From a virus, in IMG/VR virus record IMGVR_UViG_3300006028_000002, positions 1 through 64,000 of that record: 64,000 bases of DNA. One strand, 5' to 3'. Made by a program: the position numbers and the translations under genes. Positions 9,275 to 19,014 of this stretch are shown here, one piece after another; positions within the stretch are counted from its first letter, which is position 1; each line of letters begins with the position of its first letter. The notes under the pieces were generated by a model. The model was not told the DNA's origin. It ran no database searches and worked only from the letters and a program-made list of their open reading frames with translations.

Positions 9275-9456
9275 GGTGTGGGGTGCTTCCTTTCACAGTC
9301 GGGGCAGGCCCGGGGTCCGATGACCTGTTCCTGGGTGAGTGTGCCGGGGCAGGAGGTCCAGCGGTGGCATAGGGAGGGGCCGTCATCGAAAAAATGCTGC
9401 ATGCGGGCATCAATGGGCCAACCCCATCCGCGGGTGAGTCGTGTTTTGGTGGTCAT
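9271..9456 (-). CDS. small Cys/His zinc-binding protein
   Basis: HFF..SLCHRW...CPDC; ATGA overlaps at both ends. Confidence 0.6.
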   Translation of the reverse strand: MTTKTRLTRGWGWPIDARMQHFFDDGPSLCHRWTSCPGTLTQEQVIGPRACPDCERKHPTP

Positions 9457-10109
9457 GAGGGACTGTCCGTGAGTTGGTGGCGGGGAAGGTAGGCCAGTGC
9501 TCGCTGATAAAGTCTGTCCAGTTCGAGTAGTGCCTCCGGACCTTCTTTTTCGGCGACCTCGCGCAGCAGCGGCAGACCAGAGTCGATGGAGTCCAGCACC
9601 TCGGCCCGGGTGGCGTCCCGACCGTGCGCGAACCATTCCACGGTGACCGCTGAACCGATGTACCAGAGCACGCCGTTGTCCACCGTGAACGGATGCCAGT
9701 CCCGCGAGGTCCACACGAGTGCCACACCCGGATTACGCGTGATCATGACACCGCCGGAGACCTGATAGTCGGCGGGCAGATTGCGCTCGCGGCGATGCAT
9801 GGTGGGGGTCGCCAGAAACGGGCACACCCGCGCTGCGTAGACCGCGCACTCGTGATGACTGGGTGGCTCGGCGGAGGTTTGGTTGACCGCGCACATGGGT
9901 CCGATGACGAAAGAGCCATACACTCCGCGACGCTTACCGCAGATCCAGCACAACTTAAATCGAATAGCGTCGCGCAACTTGGCCGCGTCCATCACCCGGA
10001 AATCGGGTTTTCCGTCAATCCACTCCACAAACCACGGGATGGGATAGTTTGCCTGGTTACGTGGCAGCCGCTGGATCGCGGCCGGCTCGGCGATGTCTGT
10101 TTTACTCAT
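9453..10109 (-). CDS. Cys/His-containing hypothetical phage protein
   Basis: PIPWFV, LCWICG, GPMC, EPPSHHECA, CPFL; translationally coupled. Confidence 0.75.
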   Translation of the reverse strand: MSKTDIAEPAAIQRLPRNQANYPIPWFVEWIDGKPDFRVMDAAKLRDAIRFKLCWICGKRRGVYGSFVIGPMCAVNQTSAEPPSHHECAVYAARVCPFLATPTMHRRERNLPADYQVSGGVMITRNPGVALVWTSRDWHPFTVDNGVLWYIGSAVTVEWFAHGRDATRAEVLDSIDSGLPLLREVAEKEGPEALLELDRLYQRALAYLPRHQLTDSPS

Positions 10110-10708
10110 GAACTATTGCCTCCGTACTCCTCGGGCCGTTTAGGCAGCCAGGGTGGGCGCAGCGAGGTGTATCCGCGCTTGATGCTGGCCCGTGCGTATC
10201 CGACCTCGATGACCCCGGCCAGAGCCAGCGCGCGCAGCAGGGCCACATAGCGCTCCCACTCAATATCGACATCGATGTAGAGGTGCCAGTGTCCGGGCTG
10301 GCTGGACGGGATGGCCACCAGCGGCAGATCTATATCGATCATGAATTTATGGATGCCTGGTCGTCCCTGGGCTTCCGAGGTGAGGATGTTGGCCTCCGGA
10401 AGCCCACACGGCTCGGCGCCGTTGATACAGGCATCCCACTCCGGATCCGGGCCGTCCAGGGACAGCGGCGCACGATCAGAGCGATTCAGCGTGGGCGCCC
10501 ACCGTGGCGTCACATCGGGGATGGGTGGCTTGTGAACTAGTGTTGATGGTGGGGGGAAGGGTGCCCCGGGCGGTGGCAGAGGAAATGGCTCGGGTGTTGC
10601 GCTCAGCCAGGGTGCGGAGTTTGCCCACGGCGGCAGTGCTGCGGGTAGCGGTATTTCAATTGGCTTGGCGGTAAGAGGTTCCCAGTGGAATGGTGCGGCA
10701 TCAGTCAT
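10106..10708 (-). CDS. hypothetical protein with Pro-rich N-terminus and AEP-like DxD / SxxGxxH motifs
   Basis: MIDIDLP...PSSQPGHWHLYID; GGAG RBS. Confidence 0.65.
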   Translation of the reverse strand: MTDAAPFHWEPLTAKPIEIPLPAALPPWANSAPWLSATPEPFPLPPPGAPFPPPSTLVHKPPIPDVTPRWAPTLNRSDRAPLSLDGPDPEWDACINGAEPCGLPEANILTSEAQGRPGIHKFMIDIDLPLVAIPSSQPGHWHLYIDVDIEWERYVALLRALALAGVIEVGYARASIKRGYTSLRPPWLPKRPEEYGGNSS

Positions 10709-10908
10709 GGTGTTCTCCTAGGGTGTAGTGGGTGCAGATCCAACAGGCGCAGAACTCGCCGGCCATGAGCGTAAGATGCGCGCGAATAATCCAGTTTTGG
10801 ACCTCGCGCGCCGAGTTCTCCGTGTCGATTGCGTTGACATATGTCACTGGTGCGTGTGCTGCGGTCATGTCTACCTACCCCGTGGTGTGTGTTTTTAGGT
10901 GATGGTGC

Positions 10909-11136
10909 TTATTCTCTGGCTGTTTCTGGTGAGTAGGAGATCTCACCGCGCAGGAGAAACCAGTCTAGGCTGCGCGGATGTATGTCGTGTCCGAATACTT
11001 TTCTGCTGGATCGGCTATGGTAGAGATCTGTTTCTGGGTTGTAGTCATACATCCAGCCGCGATAGTTTATCCACGCGGGACGCCACGTGTCTTCCGTGAG
11101 TCGTACGTCGTAATATTCGGGAGCACGTTTGCTCAT
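10909..11136 (-). CDS. hypothetical protein
   Basis: 75 aa, ATGA overlap with the helicase stop. Confidence 0.6.
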   Translation of the reverse strand: MSKRAPEYYDVRLTEDTWRPAWINYRGWMYDYNPETDLYHSRSSRKVFGHDIHPRSLDWFLLRGEISYSPETARE

Positions 11137-12983
11137 GCTGCTGTCTCCAAATCTGTTCCGCCGAACAAACGGCGTACGATCCGTGGATCGGCAAAATACT
11201 CGCTGAGTTGCCCTGCCTTCTCGTGCAAAATGTCGCGAATGCGGAAATCAACGGATCCCTCAGCAAAAATGTCTACGATGTCCAGCGTGGGATACCGGTC
11301 CCCGACACCGCGATCCTCGGCCTGCAACCGGTGCACAAACGAGCAGGGCGACTGCAGGAAGATCGCGGAACCGGCTGCGTTGAGGGTGAGCCCGGTACCC
11401 CCGGCCTGAACCACGACGCACAGCAGATCCAGCTTGCCGGCCTGGAAAGCATCGATGTCCCGATCCCGCTCTTTCTGCCGCTGGCCGCCGACCACATAGC
11501 CCACCCGGGCGCCGGCTCGCGCTGCCTCCTGCCCGGCGAGCTCCATCAACGGTTTGGAGATACCGAACGCGAGAGCAGGCCATTCCAGCTCGGCCAGCAC
11601 ATCGAGCAGGGCATCGATTTTCCAGCTGGGCAGTTTCGGGTGCAGATGTTGGTGGATGACGTCCAGCCCGGTCTCCTCATCGACGGTGATAGTTTCCGAG
11701 AGATCACACGCGCTGGCCGCCAGTTGTTGCAGACGCATCATCTTGGTGAGCGTGGACATGACCGTGACCTCATCGCCGTTGTCCAGCTCGGCGATCATCC
11801 TCTTTTCCATGTCCCGATACATCTTTTTATACGGCGCCGGGATCGGGATCTCGCGGGTGCTATAGGTTTTGGCGGACAGCCAGGGCGCGACGTCCTCCCG
11901 GGTGCGCCGCACCTGCCGACCCATAAAACAGGCTCGGAACTCGTGATCCCGTTGCGGGTTGATGCCGGTAATCTTCTGGCCGTAGTCTCGCTGGTTTTCC
12001 TGATTGAGCCACCGGTTTATGATGCGTTCTTTCGATGGGTAGGCCCCCGGCTCGAACACTTCCCAGGTGGAGTGTGCATTGCTCACGTTGTGCGTAAACG
12101 GGGTACCGGACAGCGGGATGATGAGACCGCCGCGGGCGTTGACTTCCCGGGCGAGCCGTTGCGTGGCCTTGGTTTGGAACGCATCCGGGTTGGACAAAAA
12201 ATGGTACTCATCGATGATCAGGGTGTGGGCCTTGATTTTGGCCAGTGGCGCGTCCCGCATGGCGAGCCGGCGGTGATTGGCATCCCGGCGCGCGGTGGCG
12301 TAGCTGGTCACGTAGACGTCGTGCTGGCCGACCAGCTGCTCGCGGATAGTCGAGTTGCCGCCGCGCCAGGCCACCGCGCTCCAGCGCGGCGCGAACCGGG
12401 CGAACTCGCGCACCCAGTGTGTCACCACCGAGGCGGGACACACCACGATGATGGGCCGCACCGCGGGGTACTCGGGCCAGCATTCGCGTTCGCACAACCC
12501 CACGATGCTGCTGGCGGACTTTCCGAGCCTCGGCGCGTCCTCCAAAAGGCAACCCAGATGGGCGATGTTTTTCACCGCGGTGGGCTGCCATTCCCGCAGC
12601 ACCAGACCCTCCGGCAGGGTGTAGCGCAGCTCGCGATCCATCCACTGGGTGCGCCGCGCCAGCTCGGCCAAAAACCAGTCCCGCAGCCGGCCCCCGGCGG
12701 AAAACTGCGCGCCGAACGTGCATGCCAGCTGCATATAGGCGGGCCAGCTCAGTGGCACCCGGAAGGTCACACCCCCGGCCACCGGCTGATCGAGCGGGGT
12801 TAGTTCCCCGATCTCCTGCGCCGCGCGCTTGACCGGCCACGGGTCGCCGGAGACCGCGAGCACGATGTGTTTGCCATCCGGGGTCAGCTCCCCGAACACC
12901 CGGGCCGGTTGCATGCGCGGCGGGGTGAACCGGCGGATCTGCACAACCCCCGGCGGTGGTAATGGCGGGCGCATGATGGTCAT
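11133..12983 (-). CDS. SNF2-family helicase
   Basis: DAPRLGKS, IVVCPAS, IIDEYH, LSGTP, RLQQLA, AGGTGLTL, QAEDR. Confidence 0.9.
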   Translation of the reverse strand: MTIMRPPLPPPGVVQIRRFTPPRMQPARVFGELTPDGKHIVLAVSGDPWPVKRAAQEIGELTPLDQPVAGGVTFRVPLSWPAYMQLACTFGAQFSAGGRLRDWFLAELARRTQWMDRELRYTLPEGLVLREWQPTAVKNIAHLGCLLEDAPRLGKSASSIVGLCERECWPEYPAVRPIIVVCPASVVTHWVREFARFAPRWSAVAWRGGNSTIREQLVGQHDVYVTSYATARRDANHRRLAMRDAPLAKIKAHTLIIDEYHFLSNPDAFQTKATQRLAREVNARGGLIIPLSGTPFTHNVSNAHSTWEVFEPGAYPSKERIINRWLNQENQRDYGQKITGINPQRDHEFRACFMGRQVRRTREDVAPWLSAKTYSTREIPIPAPYKKMYRDMEKRMIAELDNGDEVTVMSTLTKMMRLQQLAASACDLSETITVDEETGLDVIHQHLHPKLPSWKIDALLDVLAELEWPALAFGISKPLMELAGQEAARAGARVGYVVGGQRQKERDRDIDAFQAGKLDLLCVVVQAGGTGLTLNAAGSAIFLQSPCSFVHRLQAEDRGVGDRYPTLDIVDIFAEGSVDFRIRDILHEKAGQLSEYFADPRIVRRLFGGTDLETAA

Positions 12984-13372
12984 TCGGGCGTGTGCTGGGC
13001 TTCCGGATCCAGATAAGACAGGTCTGTTTGGTCCTGCGCGGCTTGATAGAGAATGAAGGCATTGAGGTCAAAGGTGTCGATCAGCTCCAGCACCTTGTCA
13101 TTCACCTGCTCGGGGGTCACCACCTCGAAACGGTAATCAGATTCCCCGGTGTCCAGGCAGATGTTCACCATGCCCATGGAGAGCACCTCGATGGTGAACT
13201 CCATACCACCTCGTACCGGGTCGATGATCTGCTTGAGTTTATCGGCTCGTTCGGGGGTGTAGGCATTGATGATAATGAGCTGGCCAAGTTGGCTTTGCCC
13301 GTTGGGAGGGAAGTATCGCCGCATCGGCACGACCAGTGGGGCGAGAATGGGGGGGATAGTTTCATCAGGCAT
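12980..13372 (-). CDS. hypothetical protein
   Basis: 130 aa, GAGG RBS, ATGA overlap with the helicase start. Confidence 0.7.
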   Translation of the reverse strand: MPDETIPPILAPLVVPMRRYFPPNGQSQLGQLIIINAYTPERADKLKQIIDPVRGGMEFTIEVLSMGMVNICLDTGESDYRFEVVTPEQVNDKVLELIDTFDLNAFILYQAAQDQTDLSYLDPEAQHTPE

Positions 13373-13392
13373 GGCGAGTCCTCAGTGATAGG

Positions 13393-13422
13393 GCCGGGGG
13401 TCAGGAAAACCCAACCCCCGGC
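13393..13422. terminator. intergenic hairpin
   Basis: GCCGGGGGT...ACCCCCGGC 9-bp stem between two co-oriented genes. Confidence 0.45.
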
Positions 13423-13433
13423 GGAGGGGATGA

Positions 13434-14732
13434 TTACTGCCCGGCGTACTGCGGCGAGGACGGATCCAGGTCAGCCGGAATAGGTACGCCGGTCTGCTGA
13501 CTCACCACCGGCCGTACCGGAGCGGCCATCGCAAGCCATTGCTCATAGGTGATGGTGGCGGGTGCAGTCGGAGCTGGAGCCGGAGCTGGTGTTGCCGCAG
13601 CTGGAGCTGGAGCCGGAGCAGCTGGTGCCGGTGTTGGCGCAGGGGTTGCCGGCGGGGGAATCGTTGGTGCCGGTGCCGGCGCGGGCATCGTGGCCGCCGG
13701 TAGCCCAGCATCCGCGGTGACCACTGCTGCGGCGGCTTGCTGAACCTGCTGAGCAGCTGGAGCGGGGACAGGAGGTGCAGCCGGAGCGGGGACAGGAGGT
13801 GCAGCCGCAGGGGCCGGGAGGGGGGGCGCTGCGGCCGGTTGCGCTGCCGCCGGGGTAACGGTGGGGGCAGCGCCGTTGCTGGCGCCCATGGCCGCCTGAA
13901 GCTGTGCCTGGTACGCCGCGAGGGCATTGGCGTACTCGATATACGCCTGCGGTGTTGCTCCGGCGGCCGGCTGCTCCGGCGGTGCACCAATCTCTGCCAG
14001 AGCCGTGTGTGCGGCCTCGATCCCGGCGCGCCGCTGGATGGTGTAGGGATCATCGGGACAGCGATACACCACGTCATAGATAAACCGGGTGAAACTACCT
14101 TTTGGTGAGCTGCCTTTCTGTTCCTCAACTTTGGTCATCTTGATGTAGGCGCCCTCTTGTGGAACGTACCCGACATGCTCAACGCCATCCTCCACCGTCG
14201 TGGTCAAGGGAGCGCCTGCGTAGGCCATGGCAGCGGAGAGCTTGTCTCGGGAATCCCCCACTTTGAAGACTGCGACGCCGTGGCCGTCCATGTGGTTACC
14301 GCCGGGCATCATCAGCATAGGCACGAGCAACTGGGCCTTATACTGCCCATTCTGCATAACGGGATTACCCTGTTTGTCGGTCTGGGCTTGAGAATCCTCC
14401 CTCCGGATAGCACGGGCCACAATACCCTCGTACCAGGTGCCCACCGGCATTTCATTGAACTTCCAGAATTTGCCCTCACCGCCAGTGGAGGCTTTCTGTG
14501 TGAGGTACTGACTCAAGGGGACGTAGACGGTGGGTGGCCGCTCCTGTTTTTGCTCGCCGGCCTGACCATTGGTGCCGGGCGCCGGGAGTGGCGGGACCGC
14601 GGGTGCGGCGGCTGCCGGTACCGGATCCCATTGCCCCGTACCGACATTAAACGTGAACCACTGCTCACCGTTCCATGCGGCGTCTGCGGGGACGTGTGCC
14701 GGTCGGGCCGGCTGGGTTGCTGTCGTAGTCAT
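13434..14732 (-). CDS. putative ssDNA-binding protein with long Ala/Pro tail
   Basis: Beta-rich core (FWKF..GTWYEGIV...QTD...GAYIKMT) next to a Cas4-like exonuclease; PAAPPVPA tandem repeats in the tail. Function inferred from context. Confidence 0.6.
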   Translation of the reverse strand: MTTTATQPARPAHVPADAAWNGEQWFTFNVGTGQWDPVPAAAAPAVPPLPAPGTNGQAGEQKQERPPTVYVPLSQYLTQKASTGGEGKFWKFNEMPVGTWYEGIVARAIRREDSQAQTDKQGNPVMQNGQYKAQLLVPMLMMPGGNHMDGHGVAVFKVGDSRDKLSAAMAYAGAPLTTTVEDGVEHVGYVPQEGAYIKMTKVEEQKGSSPKGSFTRFIYDVVYRCPDDPYTIQRRAGIEAAHTALAEIGAPPEQPAAGATPQAYIEYANALAAYQAQLQAAMGASNGAAPTVTPAAAQPAAAPPLPAPAAAPPVPAPAAPPVPAPAAQQVQQAAAAVVTADAGLPAATMPAPAPAPTIPPPATPAPTPAPAAPAPAPAAATPAPAPAPTAPATITYEQWLAMAAPVRPVVSQQTGVPIPADLDPSSPQYAGQ

Positions 14733-14784
14733 CGTGCGTGTGTTCCTTTCCTACCCTCTATTGGTGACCTATGGAGTTATCGTT

Positions 14785-15273
14785 TCATCCGCTAGGGATG
14801 TCATTAACCCGCGCAAACTCGCCCCACTGCTCTAAGGCGGCTTTGTTATAAGCCCGGGCTGCATCGTCTTTATTAGTGAATAGTCCTAATGATCTGCGGC
14901 CACCTTTGCCATCACCGACACGTGCCCGCCATTTACCATAGAGGCAATAAACTCCCTTGTACCCGGAAGTATTGTTGCGGTGAATCCTTTTATTTCCAAG
15001 ATTCTGAGAGTCAGTGCAGAGACGTAGGTTAGCTCGTCTGTTGTTTAGCTCATCTCTATCTTTATGGTCAATATCCAAGTTACGCGGTGGATTGAGCAGG
15101 AATCGGTGTAAGTAAACCTCTTTACCATTTATCTTTGCTCGTGCGTATTTTAAGTGTTGACCTGTTCTAGGAACAAATAGGTACCAGCCATATTTAGCGA
15201 TCAAGGGATAATCGGCTGCATCCACTAACGTTACGTCTCCGCTACTGAGCACGATTTCCCGATGATCAGTCAT
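14785..15273 (-). CDS. HNH endonuclease with AP2 domain
   Basis: YLHRFLL..IDHKDRDELNNRRANLR, NNTSGYKGV, LGLF..AARAYN; low GC. Confidence 0.92.
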   Translation of the reverse strand: MTDHREIVLSSGDVTLVDAADYPLIAKYGWYLFVPRTGQHLKYARAKINGKEVYLHRFLLNPPRNLDIDHKDRDELNNRRANLRLCTDSQNLGNKRIHRNNTSGYKGVYCLYGKWRARVGDGKGGRRSLGLFTNKDDAARAYNKAALEQWGEFARVNDIPSG

Positions 15274-16127
15274 TTGTTTAACCTTCCGGGTAGTAAATGA
15301 TGGCCTGCGCAGCCGGTAGCGGACGGGTCGTGTAGTACGTCACTTCTGAACACAGGGCAGAAGTAGCACGTGGAATCTGAGGGGGTCGGGGTGATGTCGT
15401 TGAGGCTGATCTGGCCCGTGCGCACGCCAGCAGCCATGGCCTTGCGGATTCGCATCTCCTGGAAAACCTGTTCGAGCAGCGCGTCATCCGCCGGGGTGAG
15501 CTCGTGCTCCCAGACGTACATATTGTCCAATGTGGACTTGGTACGGGGCATGGCCGCGATGACGATTCTGCGCACCGGGAGGCCCATGATTCTAAAACCC
15601 CGGGCGTAGGCCAGGAGTTGCACGTAGTAGTGCCGGGCCGGTCCCTTGGTGCGCAGTTCGGTCAGCGTGGTGTCACCGAGGTTTTTCCAGTCGAGACAGC
15701 ACGCCTCGAAAAAGTCATAAGCGTCGCCGGTTCCTGGGTGATCCTCATGGGGCTGTACGCGGAACTCGGCCAGCCAGCGCACGTAGCTGTATCGGTCGTT
15801 GTCCCCTTTGAGCGCCTCGGCCAGCCACATATGCAGCGCGGTGCCCACAATCGACGCCCAGGGATCAACGATATGATTTGTTCGCTCAATGCCCGCCAGC
15901 TTGGCCACCACTTGCCTATGGCACTCGTGTCCTATTTCCGAGGGACCGAGCTCCTCCTGCAATGTGCGGGGGGAGTTGGCCGCGTGCTCGTAAACAATCC
16001 TGCGCAGTGTGGCGGCATAGCGGGATCCCCACTCGGTGTTCGAGTTGGGCGGTTTCACGGCGCGTGCCATGAATGCCACGGGTGACGGTGCGACCACTGG
16101 GCGAGTCAACTGGGTTACCATGATCAT
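15270..16127 (-). CDS. Cas4/RecB-like PD-(D/E)xK exonuclease
   Basis: GPSEIGHEC, GTALH, GTGD, DWK, QLLAY, CYFC...C (four-Cys cluster pattern). Confidence 0.85.
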   Translation of the reverse strand: MIMVTQLTRPVVAPSPVAFMARAVKPPNSNTEWGSRYAATLRRIVYEHAANSPRTLQEELGPSEIGHECHRQVVAKLAGIERTNHIVDPWASIVGTALHMWLAEALKGDNDRYSYVRWLAEFRVQPHEDHPGTGDAYDFFEACCLDWKNLGDTTLTELRTKGPARHYYVQLLAYARGFRIMGLPVRRIVIAAMPRTKSTLDNMYVWEHELTPADDALLEQVFQEMRIRKAMAAGVRTGQISLNDITPTPSDSTCYFCPVFRSDVLHDPSATGCAGHHLLPGRLNK

Positions 16128-16351
16128 ACGCTAGCAGGCCGGTCTGACAGTCTCGGATCGGCGTTGATCACAGTGTATCGGCGGATATTGCACCAAGGAT
16201 AGGCGTGCTGGATTCCCTCATTCTCGGTGACAATAAGATCCCTGTGCGTAGGTTCCCATCCGCCCACGCCGTTGACAAATTCATACTCAGTTGTGCGGCC
16301 ATCCATGAATTCGATAGCGAGCTGTGGCCACCTACCCCGAATGTGCGTCAT
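16124..16351 (-). CDS. hypothetical protein
   Basis: 75 aa, ATGA overlap with the exonuclease start. Confidence 0.6.
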   Translation of the reverse strand: MTHIRGRWPQLAIEFMDGRTTEYEFVNGVGGWEPTHRDLIVTENEGIQHAYPWCNIRRYTVINADPRLSDRPASV

Positions 16352-16393
16352 CGCACCATACCTACCCCGTTTGTGTGTCGTTACACCGCTAAA

Positions 16394-16909
16394 TCAGCCT
16401 TTGATGGGATACAGACTCCACTGGTCGGACTCATACGTGCACGCTGCATAGGCTTCCGGAAACTCGGCCTTGAGCTTTTTCATGTCGCACAGTGTTTTTG
16501 GTACGTTGCGCAGCTCGTACCCGTGTTTGCGTCCGGTGCGATAGAGCTGGATTTTGGGACTGCGTGGATCGAGCTGGCGCAGCATCGCCTTGATGCGATC
16601 TTTGAGGCTTTTCACCAGTGGTTCCAGCTCGTCCAGCGTGGGCTTGAGCGTGTCCAGCTCATCAAACAGGGTGGCGATCACCTCGCCGGGGGAGGTCACG
16701 AACTGGCTGACCGCCTTGCCCTTGGACTCGATGCGGGCCCGGTTGGTGGCCGCCGCGATGACGGCCGGGTCGTTGTGGTCGACGGGCGCCAGTCGCGGCG
16801 TGTAGGCGGCTGCCGGCGGGATCCCGTACTGGGCGAGCAGTTGATCGATTTCCTCCTGCGACAGTGGCGTGATGTCAGGCGTGGTGTCGGTGTCGCTCGG
16901 TGTGGTCAT
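16394..16909 (-). CDS. coiled-coil hypothetical protein
   Basis: Start refined to MTTPSD after GGAGGGG; LKDRIKAML...DMKKLKAEFPEAY. Confidence 0.7.
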   Translation of the reverse strand: MTTPSDTDTTPDITPLSQEEIDQLLAQYGIPPAAAYTPRLAPVDHNDPAVIAAATNRARIESKGKAVSQFVTSPGEVIATLFDELDTLKPTLDELEPLVKSLKDRIKAMLRQLDPRSPKIQLYRTGRKHGYELRNVPKTLCDMKKLKAEFPEAYAACTYESDQWSLYPIKG

Positions 16910-17022
16910 AAAACACCCCTCCGTAGCTGGCAAAATGGCAGTCTGATGGCGAGTCAGGGTGCGCGGAAACCGCGCGGACCACCAGCCTAAGTCCTGCTCT
17001 CCGCGAAACGCAAGAGGCCAGG

Positions 17023-17052
17023 GTATGTACCCCACGGGTGGGCTAGTTGTCA
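17023..17052 (-). promoter_or_regulatory. candidate leftward promoter of the replication operon
   Basis: Minus-strand TTGACA, 17-18 nt, then GTACATA (imperfect -10), in a non-coding gap. Confidence 0.4.
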
Positions 17053-17335
17053 AGATCTCGCTGGTAAGAGGATAAGTAGTGGCCGCTAATTGCGGTCCTG
17101 GATTGCGTGCGCACGCCCTTGCGGTGTGTTGCTGGCGTCGGGTGTGGTCAGGCAGTACGCTAGCGGTGCTCGGGTGCATGGGTGGCTGTGCAGAGCTGAC
17201 AGATGGCGAGTCTGTCCCTGGTCGGCCCCCTGTCCCCCCGCGCGGCCTAGTTACGCGGTGCTGCTGGCCTCGCTTGCCTGATCGGTCGGCACTTCCAACC
17301 GCGCAGCGGCAAGCGCCTGGGACGGGGGGTCACCC

Positions 17336-17956
17336 TTATGCTGGCAGTTGTAGCAGATTCTCCGATACCAGGGCCTCGATCCCGATGGCCCAGCCGATGG
17401 TGCGGGTCAGCTCGGCCACGCTGGTGGAATCGTCTGCGTCCAGCTCGGGCAGCTGCCACCGGGGTGCTCGTGCGCCGTGCTGCCGCAGCTCCAGCCAGGT
17501 GCGCCAGTCTGCGTAGGTCTTGCGAGTCCGCAGCGGTGTCCAGGGCCGGCTGCGCTCAACGGTCCAGCTCCAGCCCAGCTCGCGCGGGATCTGCTGACAG
17601 GTCCACACCACCGAGGTCTCCTCGATCCCGGCGTCCCCGTCCTCGGTGGCGATGTCCGGCAACTGGTCGTTGGCTCGGATGATGAAAGGCCCCTGCCGAG
17701 CCCGCCGTGCTTTCCGCGGGAACGGGTTGTCTCGATCGGTGATCGGATAACGCTGGTGCACCGAGGCATAAGGCGATGGTCGGGAGGTGAGCACTTTGGT
17801 CCGTAGCGCCGCGATGAGTTCCTGGCCGCGCTGGCGCGTCACGCCGAGAGCCCTGCCCAACTCGGTGGGACTGGTGGTCCCGCTCATATACAGCGCCAAT
17901 GCCTGCTGCTGGAGCGGCGTTAACGCCTGCGGTTGGAGCGAGGGCAAGGGGGCCAC
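17336..17956 (-). CDS. HTH DNA-binding protein
   Basis: SPTELGRALGVTRQRGQELI. Confidence 0.7.
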   Translation of the reverse strand: MAPLPSLQPQALTPLQQQALALYMSGTTSPTELGRALGVTRQRGQELIAALRTKVLTSRPSPYASVHQRYPITDRDNPFPRKARRARQGPFIIRANDQLPDIATEDGDAGIEETSVVWTCQQIPRELGWSWTVERSRPWTPLRTRKTYADWRTWLELRQHGARAPRWQLPELDADDSTSVAELTRTIGWAIGIEALVSENLLQLPA

Positions 17957-18213
17957 GGAGTCTCCTGAGAGATGTTTGTGCAGCTAGTTCGAGGTAGCCT
18001 ACGACTGCCGCGCGGCACCGAGCAACAACCCCCGATCGGGTCGGTGCCGCGCGGTGCTAGATCCCTGGTGGGTCATTGAGCGAGGTTGCCGCTGGGGCTG
18101 GTGGCCTCTCCCAGCTGCCGAGGCATCGTTTGTTGACTGGCCCATGTGGATGCAGACCGCCCTGTTTGGTGAGCGCGAAAGGTTTTCCGCAGACTTTGCA
18201 GGTGACTTTAGGC

Positions 18214-18405
18214 TTACCCATTGCCTACCTCGATGGTGAGTATCGCTGTGCGGTAGTTGTGCGTGAAGGCCACCGAGCGCAGATAGACCATGCCGAGCTG
18301 GGTACCCGCGTAGGTCAGCGGGATGGGTTTGTCGAGGGCATCGGTAAAACTGGTGGGTGCCCAGGTGTGACCGGTGGGTGCGCTGCGATGCAGGCGGATC
18401 CTCAT
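18214..18405 (-). CDS. hypothetical protein
   Basis: 63 aa, ATGA overlap. Confidence 0.5.
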   Translation of the reverse strand: MRIRLHRSAPTGHTWAPTSFTDALDKPIPLTYAGTQLGMVYLRSVAFTHNYRTAILTIEVGNG

Positions 18406-19013
18406 GCGCGATCACCGAAAACGGTTCGCCAAGCCTTGATGTCGGCCCGGTGCACCCGCGAGAGCAGCGCAAACGGTCCCCCAAAATCCTGTTGGGCCTC
18501 GGCCGGCAGCCAGCGGGGGCGCTCACCACGGATCCGCCGATAGACCAGGTAATCATCGCCGATAACCCCGATGATGAGGCGGGCGAATTTTGTACCGGGC
18601 ATGTCGAGAATATCCCGGCCCTTTTCGTGAGCCTGTCGATATTCCTCATCGTCAGCGTGGAAAAATATCTCACCTAGCAGCGCGTGGGCTTGCGGTGGTG
18701 AGGACTCGTCTCGGGTGTAGAGACTCATCGCGAGCGGTGCCAACGGTGACTCCAGGATCACCGCCATGGTGCGCAGATCCTTGAGGGGGTGTTCCTTAGC
18801 AAGCTCTATACCTGATATTGAGTAGTGCGCGGTGATCTCTTTCGTCCCGTCCTCATCCTCCGTAGAGAAGTTTCCCACCTCGGAGAGCCGGTAGAGGGTC
18901 ATCGGGGTTTTCCGCCAGCCCGCTCGGTGCGCTGTTGCCTCCAGCACCTCAAGAGCCATCGCGAGGTAATCGTGCGGCCCCTCGTATTCTGTGGTTCCCG
19001 GTGTGGATGCCAT
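18402..19013 (-). CDS. hypothetical protein
   Basis: 203 aa, GAGGTG RBS, normal composition. Confidence 0.7.
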   Translation of the reverse strand: MASTPGTTEYEGPHDYLAMALEVLEATAHRAGWRKTPMTLYRLSEVGNFSTEDEDGTKEITAHYSISGIELAKEHPLKDLRTMAVILESPLAPLAMSLYTRDESSPPQAHALLGEIFFHADDEEYRQAHEKGRDILDMPGTKFARLIIGVIGDDYLVYRRIRGERPRWLPAEAQQDFGGPFALLSRVHRADIKAWRTVFGDRA

Positions 19014-19014
19014 G

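Noticed and set aside
11208-12803. 531-aa plus-strand ORF
   Set aside because: Antisense shadow of the SNF2 helicase; no motifs; expected in high-GC DNA.
15270-16127. Cas4-like gene as evidence of CRISPR-Cas
   Set aside because: No array or other cas genes; solo Cas4-like exonucleases are usual in phage recombination modules.
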